Source: Candidatus Eiseniibacteriota bacterium
GTDB taxonomy: Bacteria > Eisenbacteria > RBG-16-71-46 > CAVPCR01
Length of the DNA stretch: 64,000 bases
Reading direction: 5' to 3'
Assembly (NCBI GenBank): GCA_963823555.1
Contig: CAWGMA010000003.1
Span: 736,001-800,000 of the forward strand
Part shown: positions 34,145 to 43,733 of the stretch, piece after piece
Numbering within the stretch: position 1 is the stretch's first letter
How the letters are laid out: every line of letters starts with the position of its first letter
Program-made: the position numbers and the translations under genes
The notes under the pieces: generated by a model
What the model was told of the DNA's origin: nothing
The model's database searches: none
The model's input: only the letters and a program-made list of their open reading frames with translations

Positions 34145-35452
34145 TCAGGAGCTCTGCTCGGCGAGGATGAGACGCCCGGGGGGTGCTGGCGGTGAATCCC
34201 CGATCCGGATCGCGGCCATGGCCACGGGAAGCGCCTCCTCGATCGTCGATTCATCGCGGGCACGAAGCTCGCCCAGCTCCGTTCCTGCTTGCACCTCGTC
34301 GCCACGCGCCACATGGAGAAGCAGCCCTGCTCCCGGGTCGATCTCCGCAGCCACGGCGCCGCGGCCGGCCCCGAGGCGGGCAGCGGCATCACCCAGACCG
34401 CGCGCGTCGATCCCGGTCACGAATCCGGCACGCTCGGCTCGCAGATGACGTCTGGCGCGCGGCGCGGCGAGGTGCCTCGGCTCATCGATCACGGCCTGAT
34501 CGCCGCCCTGGGCAGCGATCATGCGGGCCAGGCGTTCGGTCCCGTCGCCGCGGGCCAGGAGCGTCTCCGCCCGCTTCTGCCCGGCCACCGCATCGGAGTC
34601 AATGCCGGCGAGCGCGATCATCTCCCCGGCGATCCGGAGCGAGAGCTCGCGGAGCCGGCCGGTCGCCTCGCCGCGGAGGATCCGGATCGCGTGCTCGACC
34701 TCGACCGCGTTGCCGATGGCCGGTGACAGGGGCTCCTCCATGTCGGTGAAGAGGAAACGCACGGCGAGGCCGAAGCGCCGCGCGACCTCGCCCATGCGCT
34801 CGGCCAGGGCCTCGGCCGCGGCCTGCCGGCGGAGGAAGGTGCCGCCACCGACCTTCACGTCCATCACCAGCCCCCGGGGTGAAACGCAGAGCTTCTTGCC
34901 GAGGATCGAGGCGGTGATGAGCGAGCGGTCCGGCACCGTTCCGGACGCGTCTCGCAGGCGGTAGAGCGCCCGATCGCCCGGGGCGAGATCGGAGCCCGCC
35001 TCGACGATCGCGAGCCCCGCGGTTGTGACCGCGCGGCGGAAGGCAGCCGGGTCGAGATCCACGCGGAAACCGGGAATGGCGGCCAGCTTGTCGAGCGTGC
35101 CTCCGGTGTGTCCGAGCGCACGCCCGGAGAGCATCGGGACCACGACGCCGGCCGCAGCGGCGAGCGGCGCCGCGATCAGACTCACCGTGTCCCCCACGCC
35201 GCCGGTCGAGTGCTTGTCGACGACCGGACCCAGATCGCTGAAGTCGAGGATCTCCCCCGAATGCACGATGGCCCGCGTCAGGGCCGTGCATTCGTCGGTG
35301 TCGAGCCCCTGGAAGTGGATGGCCATGAGGAGGGCCGTGGCCTGGTAGTCGGGGATCGTCCCCCGTGCCACGCCGCGCACGAAGAACTCGATGGCCCGCT
35401 CGTCGAGGGCGGCACCATCGCGCTTCAAGAGGATCAGGTCGAGAGGGCGCAC
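34145..35452 (-). CDS. pdp: Thymidine/pyrimidine-nucleoside phosphorylase
   Basis: DKHSTGGVGD, SGRALGHTGGTLDKL, LYRLRD, DVKVGGG. Confidence 0.93.
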   Translation of the reverse strand: MRPLDLILLKRDGAALDERAIEFFVRGVARGTIPDYQATALLMAIHFQGLDTDECTALTRAIVHSGEILDFSDLGPVVDKHSTGGVGDTVSLIAAPLAAAAGVVVPMLSGRALGHTGGTLDKLAAIPGFRVDLDPAAFRRAVTTAGLAIVEAGSDLAPGDRALYRLRDASGTVPDRSLITASILGKKLCVSPRGLVMDVKVGGGTFLRRQAAAEALAERMGEVARRFGLAVRFLFTDMEEPLSPAIGNAVEVEHAIRILRGEATGRLRELSLRIAGEMIALAGIDSDAVAGQKRAETLLARGDGTERLARMIAAQGGDQAVIDEPRHLAAPRARRHLRAERAGFVTGIDARGLGDAAARLGAGRGAVAAEIDPGAGLLLHVARGDEVQAGTELGELRARDESTIEEALPVAMAAIRIGDSPPAPPGRLILAEQSS

Positions 35453-35467
35453 GACGGCATGAACCTC

Positions 35468-36922
35468 TCAGTCGTTCATGGAGGTGGCGGTGGGGACGAG
35501 GAGTCGCTGCCCGGCCCGTATCTTGTCCGAATCGAGGTTGTTGATCACGAGCAGGGTGTCGACATCGGTCTTGAAGCGCCGCGCGATATGCGTGAGCGTG
35601 TCACCGGACTGGACGCGGTAGATGGCGTGCGTCTCTTCTGTGGTCGCTGCCACTGCCGGCGAGCGCCCCGGTGTGGAGCTGTCGATTTCGAGGGCCATGG
35701 CCAGACCGCGGCCCGCGGGCACGCGGAGCTTGTAGCCGGCCGGGATGGCTCGCTTGCCGCTCGTCACCATGCCGAGCAGGGCTGGGTTCATCTGCGCCAG
35801 CTCACCGGTGGAAACGCCGGCCAGGTCCGCTGCGCGCTTGAAACTCACAGCCTTGGACAGGTCGAGCGTATCGAAGGCGAGAGGCGGGTCGAGCGCTAGC
35901 GGTCCAAAGTGCTGTTCGTGATCCCGTGACACATCGAGCGCCGCCAGGAACTCGGTGTAGAAGTTGCGAGAGGCGAAGCCGAAGGCCCGCCCGTCGTAGT
36001 CGCGGACGATGGCGGCGATGTCGGCGCCGTGAGCCGCGTGTGCGCGGCGCATGCCCTGGAGCCCGTGATTGTAGGCGGTGATGGCGAGCGGCCAGGAGCC
36101 GAACTCCCGGTAGTACTGGCGCAGGGCGACCCCGGCGGCGCGCGTCGCCAAGAGGGGATCGCGCCGTTCGTCCAGGGAGCGATCGATACGCATGTACTGC
36201 CTGCCCGTCGAGCGCGTCCACTGCCAGATCCCGGAGGCGCCGCGATGGGAGAGAGCGCCAGGATCGAAGGACGACTCGACATGGGGGAGGGCGAGCAGCT
36301 CGGCGGGGAGGTCGAGATCGGCCATGATGGCCTGCATGTGCGGCAGATAGGCACCCGAGCGGATGATCCCGGCGCGGAAGCGGTCGGCCTGGCCGACCTG
36401 CGCTCGCACACGATCCTTGGCTGCGGTGAAGAGATCGCTCGTGCCGCGCTTGCCCCAGGCTGCTTGCACGATGAGATCGAGCGGTTCCAGGTCCGTGCGT
36501 TCCGGGTTCTCGGCCAGGCGCTCGAGGGAGGCGACGATGTTCTCGCGGGCGTTCTTGAGGCGCTCGCGCCGCTGAAGGCGTTCCACCTCCGTCGTGTCGG
36601 GCGGCAAGCTCACCACCGTATAGATGATGTCGAGCTTTTCCGAGTCATGGAGGATCGCCTGGGTCGTCGTGTACTTGGCATAGACCTTGGTCCAGAAGGC
36701 GATCTGAGGCTCGAGCGAGGAGGGCCGGGGAAAGAGATCGTCGGCATCGGGAGAGGCGTGAGCGAGGCCGCAAACCAGGCCGGCGAGGCCGAGCGTGACG
36801 CCGAAGATCGCAAGGAGAGCGCGGCGGCCCATGTGAGGAGTTGGTTGATACCCGGTCCGGGTGGCTCTCGTGAGCCGCGGCATGGTGATGGTCCTCGCGT
36901 GCTTCTTGAGGTTCGTCGTCAT
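35468..36922 (-). CDS. Lytic transglycosylase (SLT/MltD-like) with C-terminal LysM
   Basis: PHVESSF, GASGIWQ, DERRDP, AITAYNHG; YRVQSGDTL LysM. TACAAT -10 at 36991-36996 (minus). Start at 36922 or 36883. Confidence 0.9.
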   Translation of the reverse strand: MTTNLKKHARTITMPRLTRATRTGYQPTPHMGRRALLAIFGVTLGLAGLVCGLAHASPDADDLFPRPSSLEPQIAFWTKVYAKYTTTQAILHDSEKLDIIYTVVSLPPDTTEVERLQRRERLKNARENIVASLERLAENPERTDLEPLDLIVQAAWGKRGTSDLFTAAKDRVRAQVGQADRFRAGIIRSGAYLPHMQAIMADLDLPAELLALPHVESSFDPGALSHRGASGIWQWTRSTGRQYMRIDRSLDERRDPLLATRAAGVALRQYYREFGSWPLAITAYNHGLQGMRRAHAAHGADIAAIVRDYDGRAFGFASRNFYTEFLAALDVSRDHEQHFGPLALDPPLAFDTLDLSKAVSFKRAADLAGVSTGELAQMNPALLGMVTSGKRAIPAGYKLRVPAGRGLAMALEIDSSTPGRSPAVAATTEETHAIYRVQSGDTLTHIARRFKTDVDTLLVINNLDSDKIRAGQRLLVPTATSMND

Positions 36923-37074
36923 GCTGAGACGATGTCGATGGACCAGGCTGGTCCATCCGGTTGAAGAATCCCGCGGGGCCGGGTATCTCCATTGTACCGC
37001 GAGAAGGAGCCGCAGCGCCAAGGCCCCCCGACGGCTCGTTCTTGGCGGCCTCGGTCCAGCGCCTGGCCGGCCAA

Positions 37075-37091
37075 CTTCACACAAGCTTCAC
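37075..37091 (+). promoter_or_regulatory. Candidate PhoB/OmpR-type direct repeat
   Basis: CTTCAC at 37075 and 37086 (11-bp period). Confidence 0.4.
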
Positions 37092-37204
37092 GCAGCCAGG
37101 ATGATCCCTTGGTGGGCTTGCTCCATGCTGCTTGCGCCGTGCCGTCGAGCACCTCGGCTCCAACGAGTTGGAGGAGCAGCGGCAAGGCGGTTTGCTCTGA
37201 TGCC

Positions 37205-37237
37205 TGGGGCTGCTGCACGGTGCGGCGGCCCCATTTT
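37205..37237 (+). terminator. Intrinsic terminator with no CDS directly upstream on this strand
   Basis: TGGGGCTGCTGCA/TGCGGCGGCCCCA stem (two G-U pairs that work only on the + strand), followed by TTTT. Confidence 0.65.
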
Positions 37238-37312
37238 GCTTGTCCGGTGCCGCTCTATTGATCCGGGAAACACCTTGACCGATTCCGGAGCGGGACGCAC
37301 GATACCCAGCGT

Positions 37313-37687
37313 ATGGATCGCATCGGCCATGCCCTGCGCGGTGGTCTTGTCGCCGTCTTTCTCATCCAGGGAGCCTTGCTCACGCCCCTCCACGAGCGGG
37401 CCGAGCTTCCGGCCCCCCGTGCGGCCGGCGACGTTCTCCAGGCAGCCTACGATTCCTCGGCTGCCTGCCCCGATCCCGCTCACCACCAAGCGGGGGGCGC
37501 CCATGATCGTCAGCACTGCCTGACCTGCACCCTGGCCGGGCGCCCTGCCCTGGCTTCGGATGGCATGGTCTACAGCGTGGGATTCGGCGTCACGGCCACT
37601 GCGGTCACGGCGGCCGCCGTGACGCCCCGCTCAGCCCTCCCCCTCGACGAATCTCCCCGCGGACCTCCTTCGAGCTCCCTCGCCTGA
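37313..37687 (+). CDS. DUF2946/CruR-like small protein (His-rich, CxxC, C-terminal RGPP)
   Basis: N-terminal hydrophobic segment ending PLHE, then HHQAGGAHDRQHCLTC and terminal SPRGPPS. TTGACC-17-CACGAT promoter at 37275-37303. Confidence 0.8.
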   Translation: MDRIGHALRGGLVAVFLIQGALLTPLHERAELPAPRAAGDVLQAAYDSSAACPDPAHHQAGGAHDRQHCLTCTLAGRPALASDGMVYSVGFGVTATAVTAAAVTPRSALPLDESPRGPPSSSLA

Positions 37688-37768
37688 TCCGGCCTCGATC
37701 TGCCGCCGGTTCCAACGCTGCCGTTCTGCCCCCTGCCGGCAGCCTCATGTTGCGAAGGAGGGTTCGAC

Positions 37769-38908
37769 ATGGCCTTTCGCCAGGCTTCATCACACAGGCC
37801 TGGAGCCGCGCTCTTGCTGCTGGTCTGGTTCTCCATCGGCTCCTCTCCCGCAACGGCGGGAGTGGTCAATCCCGATATCTCGGTCATCGGTCAACCTTTC
37901 GCGCGGCTCACCGACGATCCGGAGGATCTCGACCGCGATCGCCTCAGTCTCGCTCCCGGCGAGCTCGAGCTGGTCTTCGAAGCGGCCCTCAACCCTTATG
38001 GAAGGGGGTCGGTCACGCTCTCGGTGGGCGAGGAGGGACTCGGGCTGGAGGAGGGGTTCTTCATTCTCTACCGCGGCTTGCCCGGCCGGCTCGCCCTCAA
38101 GGGGGGACAGTACCGGGTCGGTTTCGGCAAGCTGAACCCGGTGCACCCGCATGCGCTGCCGTTTTCCGAGCGTTTCCGGGTGGCGGGTTACCTCCCCGGC
38201 GAGGAGGCGTTCATCGAGCCCGGGCTCTCGCTCTCCGAGCTCGTGCCACTATGGGGGGATCAGTCGTTCACGTTCACGGCTGACTGGCTCCAGGGCGACA
38301 GCTTCCGCATCGAGCGCGAGCCGACGGATAGCTCCGGCGATCCGCTCGTCGCGCCGGACGGTGACGGCGACCGCGCCGAGGAGACGCGCGCCGCCTTCGC
38401 CGGCCGGGCGAGCTACTTCGCCTCGCTGGGCGATCAGTCGGGCCTCGAGGCCGGCGTCTCGGTCACCCATGGCACCCATAACGTCGCTGCGGGAGCGCGC
38501 ACCACCGTGCTCGGCTTCGACGCCAAGGCGAAGCTCTGGACTTCGGCGAACGCCCATCTCGTCCTCCAGGGCGAAGGATTCCAGCTCTGGCGGGACCAGG
38601 CCGAGTGGGACGAGGCGGGAGGCTACACCGTGACCCCGGTCAGTCCCTTCGGTGGCTACGCCTTCGCCGACATGACCCTGAACCGTCGCTTCAATGCGGG
38701 CGGGGGCTATGAGCGCTACGGCGCCCCGGTTCCCGGAGAGCCGGCCGAGCAAGCGTTGAAGCTCTTCGCCGGGCTCTCTCTGTTCGAGGAAACGACGGCC
38801 TTCCGCTTCGACTGGGATCACTTCTGGCCGGATGAGGGGGCTCAAGTGAACACGTATACGCTACGCATGATCTTCGCCATGGGACCGCACAAGGCGCACC
38901 AGTTCTAG
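37769..38908 (+). CDS. Outer-membrane beta-barrel protein associated with metal ABC uptake
   Basis: Signal peptide, NPDISVIG, ELEL...ALNPY, FGKLNPVHPH, C-terminal GPHKAHQF. Confidence 0.8.
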   Translation: MAFRQASSHRPGAALLLLVWFSIGSSPATAGVVNPDISVIGQPFARLTDDPEDLDRDRLSLAPGELELVFEAALNPYGRGSVTLSVGEEGLGLEEGFFILYRGLPGRLALKGGQYRVGFGKLNPVHPHALPFSERFRVAGYLPGEEAFIEPGLSLSELVPLWGDQSFTFTADWLQGDSFRIEREPTDSSGDPLVAPDGDGDRAEETRAAFAGRASYFASLGDQSGLEAGVSVTHGTHNVAAGARTTVLGFDAKAKLWTSANAHLVLQGEGFQLWRDQAEWDEAGGYTVTPVSPFGGYAFADMTLNRRFNAGGGYERYGAPVPGEPAEQALKLFAGLSLFEETTAFRFDWDHFWPDEGAQVNTYTLRMIFAMGPHKAHQF

Positions 38909-38929
38909 GGCGAGCAGGAGCAGAAAAGG

Positions 38930-39847
38930 ATGAACAGGATCACGATCTCGAGAACAGCGCTTCTGATGCTGGCCGCCCTCATCACCGCCCTGGTTCCGGC
39001 ATCCGTTGCCGCCAAGGTTCGCGTGGTCGCTTCGGTCAACGACCTGGGTTCGATCGCGAGCTCGGTCGGGGGCCCGGAGGTGGAGGTGGTGGCGATCGCC
39101 AAGGCGACCCTCGATCCGCATCGCGTCGAGGTGCTGCCCTCCTACATGGTGCGCGTGACCAAGGCCCAGCTCTACCTCAAGGTGGGGCTCGGGCTCGATC
39201 TCTGGGCCGATCAGATCATCGACGGCGCGCGCAACGACCGGCTCCTCGTCATCGACTGCTCGACGAGCGTCGGGGTGCTCGACAAGCCCACGGGGAAGGT
39301 CGATGCCTCGATGGGGGACGTCCACCCGGCGGGCAACCCGCACTACTGGCTCGACCCGCGGAACGGCGGCCTCATTGCGCGGCAGATCGCTCTTGCTCTC
39401 GGGCGCGTCGATCCCGAGCACGCCGAGGACTTCGCCCGCCGGGCCGAGGAGTTCGCGGCGGCGTCCGACGCCGTCGCCGCGCAGGGCGCCGCGCGTGTGG
39501 CCGCGCTTCCCGAGCACACCATCGTCACCTATCACGCCTCGTGGGTGTACCTGGCGAGTGCCCTCGGCCTCGAGATCGTGGGCACGGTCGAGCCCAAGCC
39601 GGGAATCCCGCCCACGGGCCGCCATCTCGATGAGATCCGGCAGCTGATCGCGGAGCGGAAGGTGGCCGTCCTCCTGCAAGAGCCCTACTTCTCGGCCGAG
39701 GCGGGTGAGTACCTTGCCCGCGAGACCGGAGTCCGCGTGGCCAAGATCTCCCCCTCATGCGACAGCCCCGATGCGGGAAGCTACTTCGCTCATTTCGATC
39801 ACATCCTCGATCTCGTGGCGGGCGCCGCGGAAGGAGCTCAGAGATGA
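38930..39847 (+). CDS. Metal (Zn/Mn-type) ABC transporter substrate-binding protein
   Basis: DPH, DVHPAGNPHYWLDP, TYH and EPKPGIPPT motifs. Confidence 0.92.
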   Translation: MNRITISRTALLMLAALITALVPASVAAKVRVVASVNDLGSIASSVGGPEVEVVAIAKATLDPHRVEVLPSYMVRVTKAQLYLKVGLGLDLWADQIIDGARNDRLLVIDCSTSVGVLDKPTGKVDASMGDVHPAGNPHYWLDPRNGGLIARQIALALGRVDPEHAEDFARRAEEFAAASDAVAAQGAARVAALPEHTIVTYHASWVYLASALGLEIVGTVEPKPGIPPTGRHLDEIRQLIAERKVAVLLQEPYFSAEAGEYLARETGVRVAKISPSCDSPDAGSYFAHFDHILDLVAGAAEGAQR

Positions 39848-40737
39848 CCGAAGCGCTGGCATTGCCCTTCTTTCGCATCGCCCTGGTCGCAGCGCTCGTG
39901 CTCGCCGGCATCCATGCCTATCTCGGCTTCCATGTCGTTCGCCGCGGCGTGATCTTCGTCGACCTCGCTCTCGCCCAGATGGCGGCGCTTGGCGTGGCGC
40001 TCGGCGTGCTCCTCGGACTGCACGAGAGCCCGACCTGGTCCTATCTCCTCGCCCTCGGCATGACGCTGGTGGGAGCAGCGTGCTTCGCCTGGTTGCGCGG
40101 TCAGGAGCGACACGTGCCGCTCGAGGCGTTCATCGGCATCGTGTTCGCGACCGCACAGGCGCTCGTCTTTCTCGTCCTCGAGAAGAGCCCGGCCGGGCCG
40201 GAGCATCTGAAGGAGACCCTGGTCGGAACCCTCTACACGGTGGCTCCACAGCACGTGGCCAAGACCGCCGTGCTCTATGCGGGCATCGGCCTCGTGCACA
40301 TCCTCCTCCGGCGTCCGTTCTTCGAGATCACCAATGATCCGCAGGGCGCCCGTGCCCGCGGGCGCAATATCTTCTTCTGGGATTTCATGTTTTACGGACT
40401 GTTCGGTGTCGTGGTGACCTCCTCGGTGCAGATTGCTGGCGTGCTCCTCGTCTTCGGGCTCCTCGTCATCCCGGCGGTCGCGGGACTCATGACCACACCG
40501 AGCGCCTGGCGAGCGCTCCTGGTCGGGTGGAGCTTCGCGTTCGTGGCGGCACTCCTCGGCTTGCTGGGCTCGGTGCGCTTCGATTTCCCGGCGGCGCCGA
40601 GCATCCTCGTCGCCCTGACGGCGCTCCTGTTCGGGCACGGCGTGCTCCTCACCGTGACGCGGCGGCTTCTCCGCGGCTCGGCGCCGGGCGGGCGGCCCCG
40701 GGTGGCGGAGGACATCCCGCGCGCGGTTGGATTATGA
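39844..40737 (+). CDS. Metal ABC transporter permease (ABC-3/ZnuB-like)
   Basis: HAYLGFHVVRRGVIFVDLALAQ, EAFIGI, SSVQIAGVLLVF; start overlaps the binding-protein stop. Confidence 0.9.
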   Translation: MTEALALPFFRIALVAALVLAGIHAYLGFHVVRRGVIFVDLALAQMAALGVALGVLLGLHESPTWSYLLALGMTLVGAACFAWLRGQERHVPLEAFIGIVFATAQALVFLVLEKSPAGPEHLKETLVGTLYTVAPQHVAKTAVLYAGIGLVHILLRRPFFEITNDPQGARARGRNIFFWDFMFYGLFGVVVTSSVQIAGVLLVFGLLVIPAVAGLMTTPSAWRALLVGWSFAFVAALLGLLGSVRFDFPAAPSILVALTALLFGHGVLLTVTRRLLRGSAPGGRPRVAEDIPRAVGL

Positions 40738-40749
40738 TGCCGACCATCC

Positions 40750-41534
<785 letters not shown>

Positions 41535-41538
<4 letters not shown>

Positions 41539-42785
41539 GCGCGAGGAAGCAGGGCCTCACGGGTGTCCGCGGCACGGTGCTCGCGCCGCAGCCGGACCGG
41601 AGCCTCGTCTCTTCCGCCGACGGCATCGTCGTCTGGGATGAGGACGGTGTCATCCGGCACGCCGGTCCGTTCGCCGCCGTGAGAGACGAACCGGTCCAGA
41701 TCATCGACACGGGATCGCCCGCCGTCATCGTGCCCGGCTTCGTCGATGCGCACGTGCATCTACCCCAGCTCGCCCTTCGCGGGCGGAATGCTGCGCCTCT
41801 CCTCGAATGGCTGCAGGAGCATGTGTTCGCCGAGGAATCGGCGCTCGCCGAGGGCGAGGCTGCCACCGTGGCTGCAGATCATTTCGAGCGAGCCCTCCTG
41901 GCCTGCGGCACCACGGCTGCCGGGGTCTACGTCACCGTGCACGAGTCGGCAACCCGGATCGCGCTCGAGCGCCTTGGCGTCCGCGGGCTCGTGGGGAAGG
42001 TGCTCATGGACCGTGCGGCCCCGCCGGCGCTGTGCGAGGCGCCGGCGGTGGGGGTCGCTGCCACCGAGCGATTGCTCGCCGCTTTCCCCGATCGGGTCGC
42101 CGTCACACCCCGCTTTGCCGTCGGCTGCACGGCCGAGCTCCTTGCTGCCGCCGGTGATCTGGCGCGGAGGAGCGATGCGCCGATCCTGACTCATCTCGCG
42201 GAGAACGAGCAAGAAACGGCGCTCGTGCGTGAACTATTCAAGGAGCGACGTTCATACACGGATGTCTACGCGGCGGCCGGTCTCCTCACGTCGCGCACGC
42301 TCCTGGCCCATGCCATTCACCTCGATGAGGAGGACTGGCGTGTTCTCGCGCGCGCCGGGTCCGCGGTCATCCACTGCCCGACGGCGAACGAAGCGCTCGC
42401 GAGCGGGCGCATGCCGCTCGAGGCCGTGCGCGCGCACGATGTTCGCTTCGCGCTCGGGACCGATGTCGGCGCCGGCCCGTCGCTATCTCTGTGGCATGTG
42501 ATCGAGGCTTACCTGCGCGTGCACCGGGGCCGCGCCGAGGTCACTCCGGAAGAGGCGCTCTACCGCGCCACGCGCGCCGGCGCCGAGCTCCTGGGCGTGG
42601 CGAGCGGGTTCGGACCGGGGCTCCCCGCGGATCTGGCGGTCTTCCGCCGGCCTGAGGGCGTCGACCGCGGAGCGAGCGGTGGAGAGCTCGTGCGTGCGCT
42701 CGCCGCGGCGACCCGGGAGCAAGTCGAGCCCGAGGCGCGGCTCACGGTCATCGGAGGGCGGGTCGTGCACGAGGCCGCGCTCTAG
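41535..42785 (+). CDS. guaD: Amidohydrolase, guanine deaminase-like
   Basis: PGFVDAHVHLPQ, LLEWL, TPRFA, THLAEN, AHAIH, GTDVGAG. TTG start overlapping the upstream stop is assumed. Confidence 0.8.
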
Positions 42786-43651
42786 GCCTCGTCCTCCGCC
42801 AGCCGCTTGAGCGCCGCCAGCGCGACCTCGATCGCCAGCTCCTCGTGGGCGCGAATGACCTCGGGCTCGAGCCATGGCCCATCGGGGACGCGGCCGGCAG
42901 TGGCCATGATGCCGCCCCATGGGATCCCCATCTCGTCGCCGATGGGGCCGATCGTCGACAGCTCCATCTCGGTGGCGACACAGCCGAGCGCGCGGAGGAT
43001 CTCGGCGAAGCGGTGATCCTGCTCGGCATAGAGCGAGTCCTTGCTGAAGCAGCCGCCGGTGAGAGCCCGCGTGCCAGGCGCGATGTCCTCGACCGCGGCA
43101 GCGAGAGCGGCCACCACGCGCGGCGTCGAGGGAACGCGCGGCGGCTCAGGTCGGGCACCACTTGCCGCATTCCCTTCCTCCGGCGGGGCGAGGACGCCGC
43201 GGCGTGCCTGCTCGATCGCCGAGGAGAAGCCGGAGGCGAACTCGGCAATGGCGAGCGGGGGCATGGCCTCGCTCGAGTCGTGCACCGTGCCGCAGGTGCC
43301 AACCCGGATCACGGCCCGCGCGCCATGTGGATGGAAGCTCGGATCGAGCACCTCGCGCAGGATGATCTCGGTCGCCGATCCGCCCATCTGGCTCTCGACC
43401 CCGAGCACCGGTAGATCGCGGTACGTGCCGATGACCACATCGACCCGCCCCGCGGCGATTTCACCCAGCCGCCTGCGGGCCCAGGCGCTCAGGTCGAGCG
43501 CCTGGTCGAGGCGACTGAGGATGCGCGCCACGCGGCGCCGATCCCCCGACACGAGCACCCAGGGTGGGGCCCCCGCGGCGAGGATCGGGATCTCCCGTTC
43601 GACCCCGTGAGCGAAGATATGGGAGAGACAGGTGTGGCGTCCAAGGAACAT
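42782..43651 (-). CDS. Nucleoside phosphorylase (PNP/uridine phosphorylase family)
   Basis: GDRRRV, MGGSAT, IRVGTCG and TEMELS motifs. Confidence 0.8.
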   Translation of the reverse strand: MFLGRHTCLSHIFAHGVEREIPILAAGAPPWVLVSGDRRRVARILSRLDQALDLSAWARRRLGEIAAGRVDVVIGTYRDLPVLGVESQMGGSATEIILREVLDPSFHPHGARAVIRVGTCGTVHDSSEAMPPLAIAEFASGFSSAIEQARRGVLAPPEEGNAASGARPEPPRVPSTPRVVAALAAAVEDIAPGTRALTGGCFSKDSLYAEQDHRFAEILRALGCVATEMELSTIGPIGDEMGIPWGGIMATAGRVPDGPWLEPEVIRAHEELAIEVALAALKRLAEDEA

Positions 43652-43733
43652 GATGGGCGGCAGCTTACCGCCGTTCCGGTCGAGCGTGCTATGATTTTAC
43701 TTCGCCCATCGGTTCACTCTGTGAGGAGCATCC

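Noticed and set aside
36923..37312. c-di-AMP or c-di-GMP riboswitch upstream of the LysM lytic transglycosylase
   Set aside because: Consensus elements were not found by eye, and a -10 box only about 70 nt from the start leaves no room. An Rfam scan would settle it.
37240..37768. Fur/Zur box for the metal uptake operon
   Set aside because: No AT-rich inverted repeat resembling these boxes is visible.
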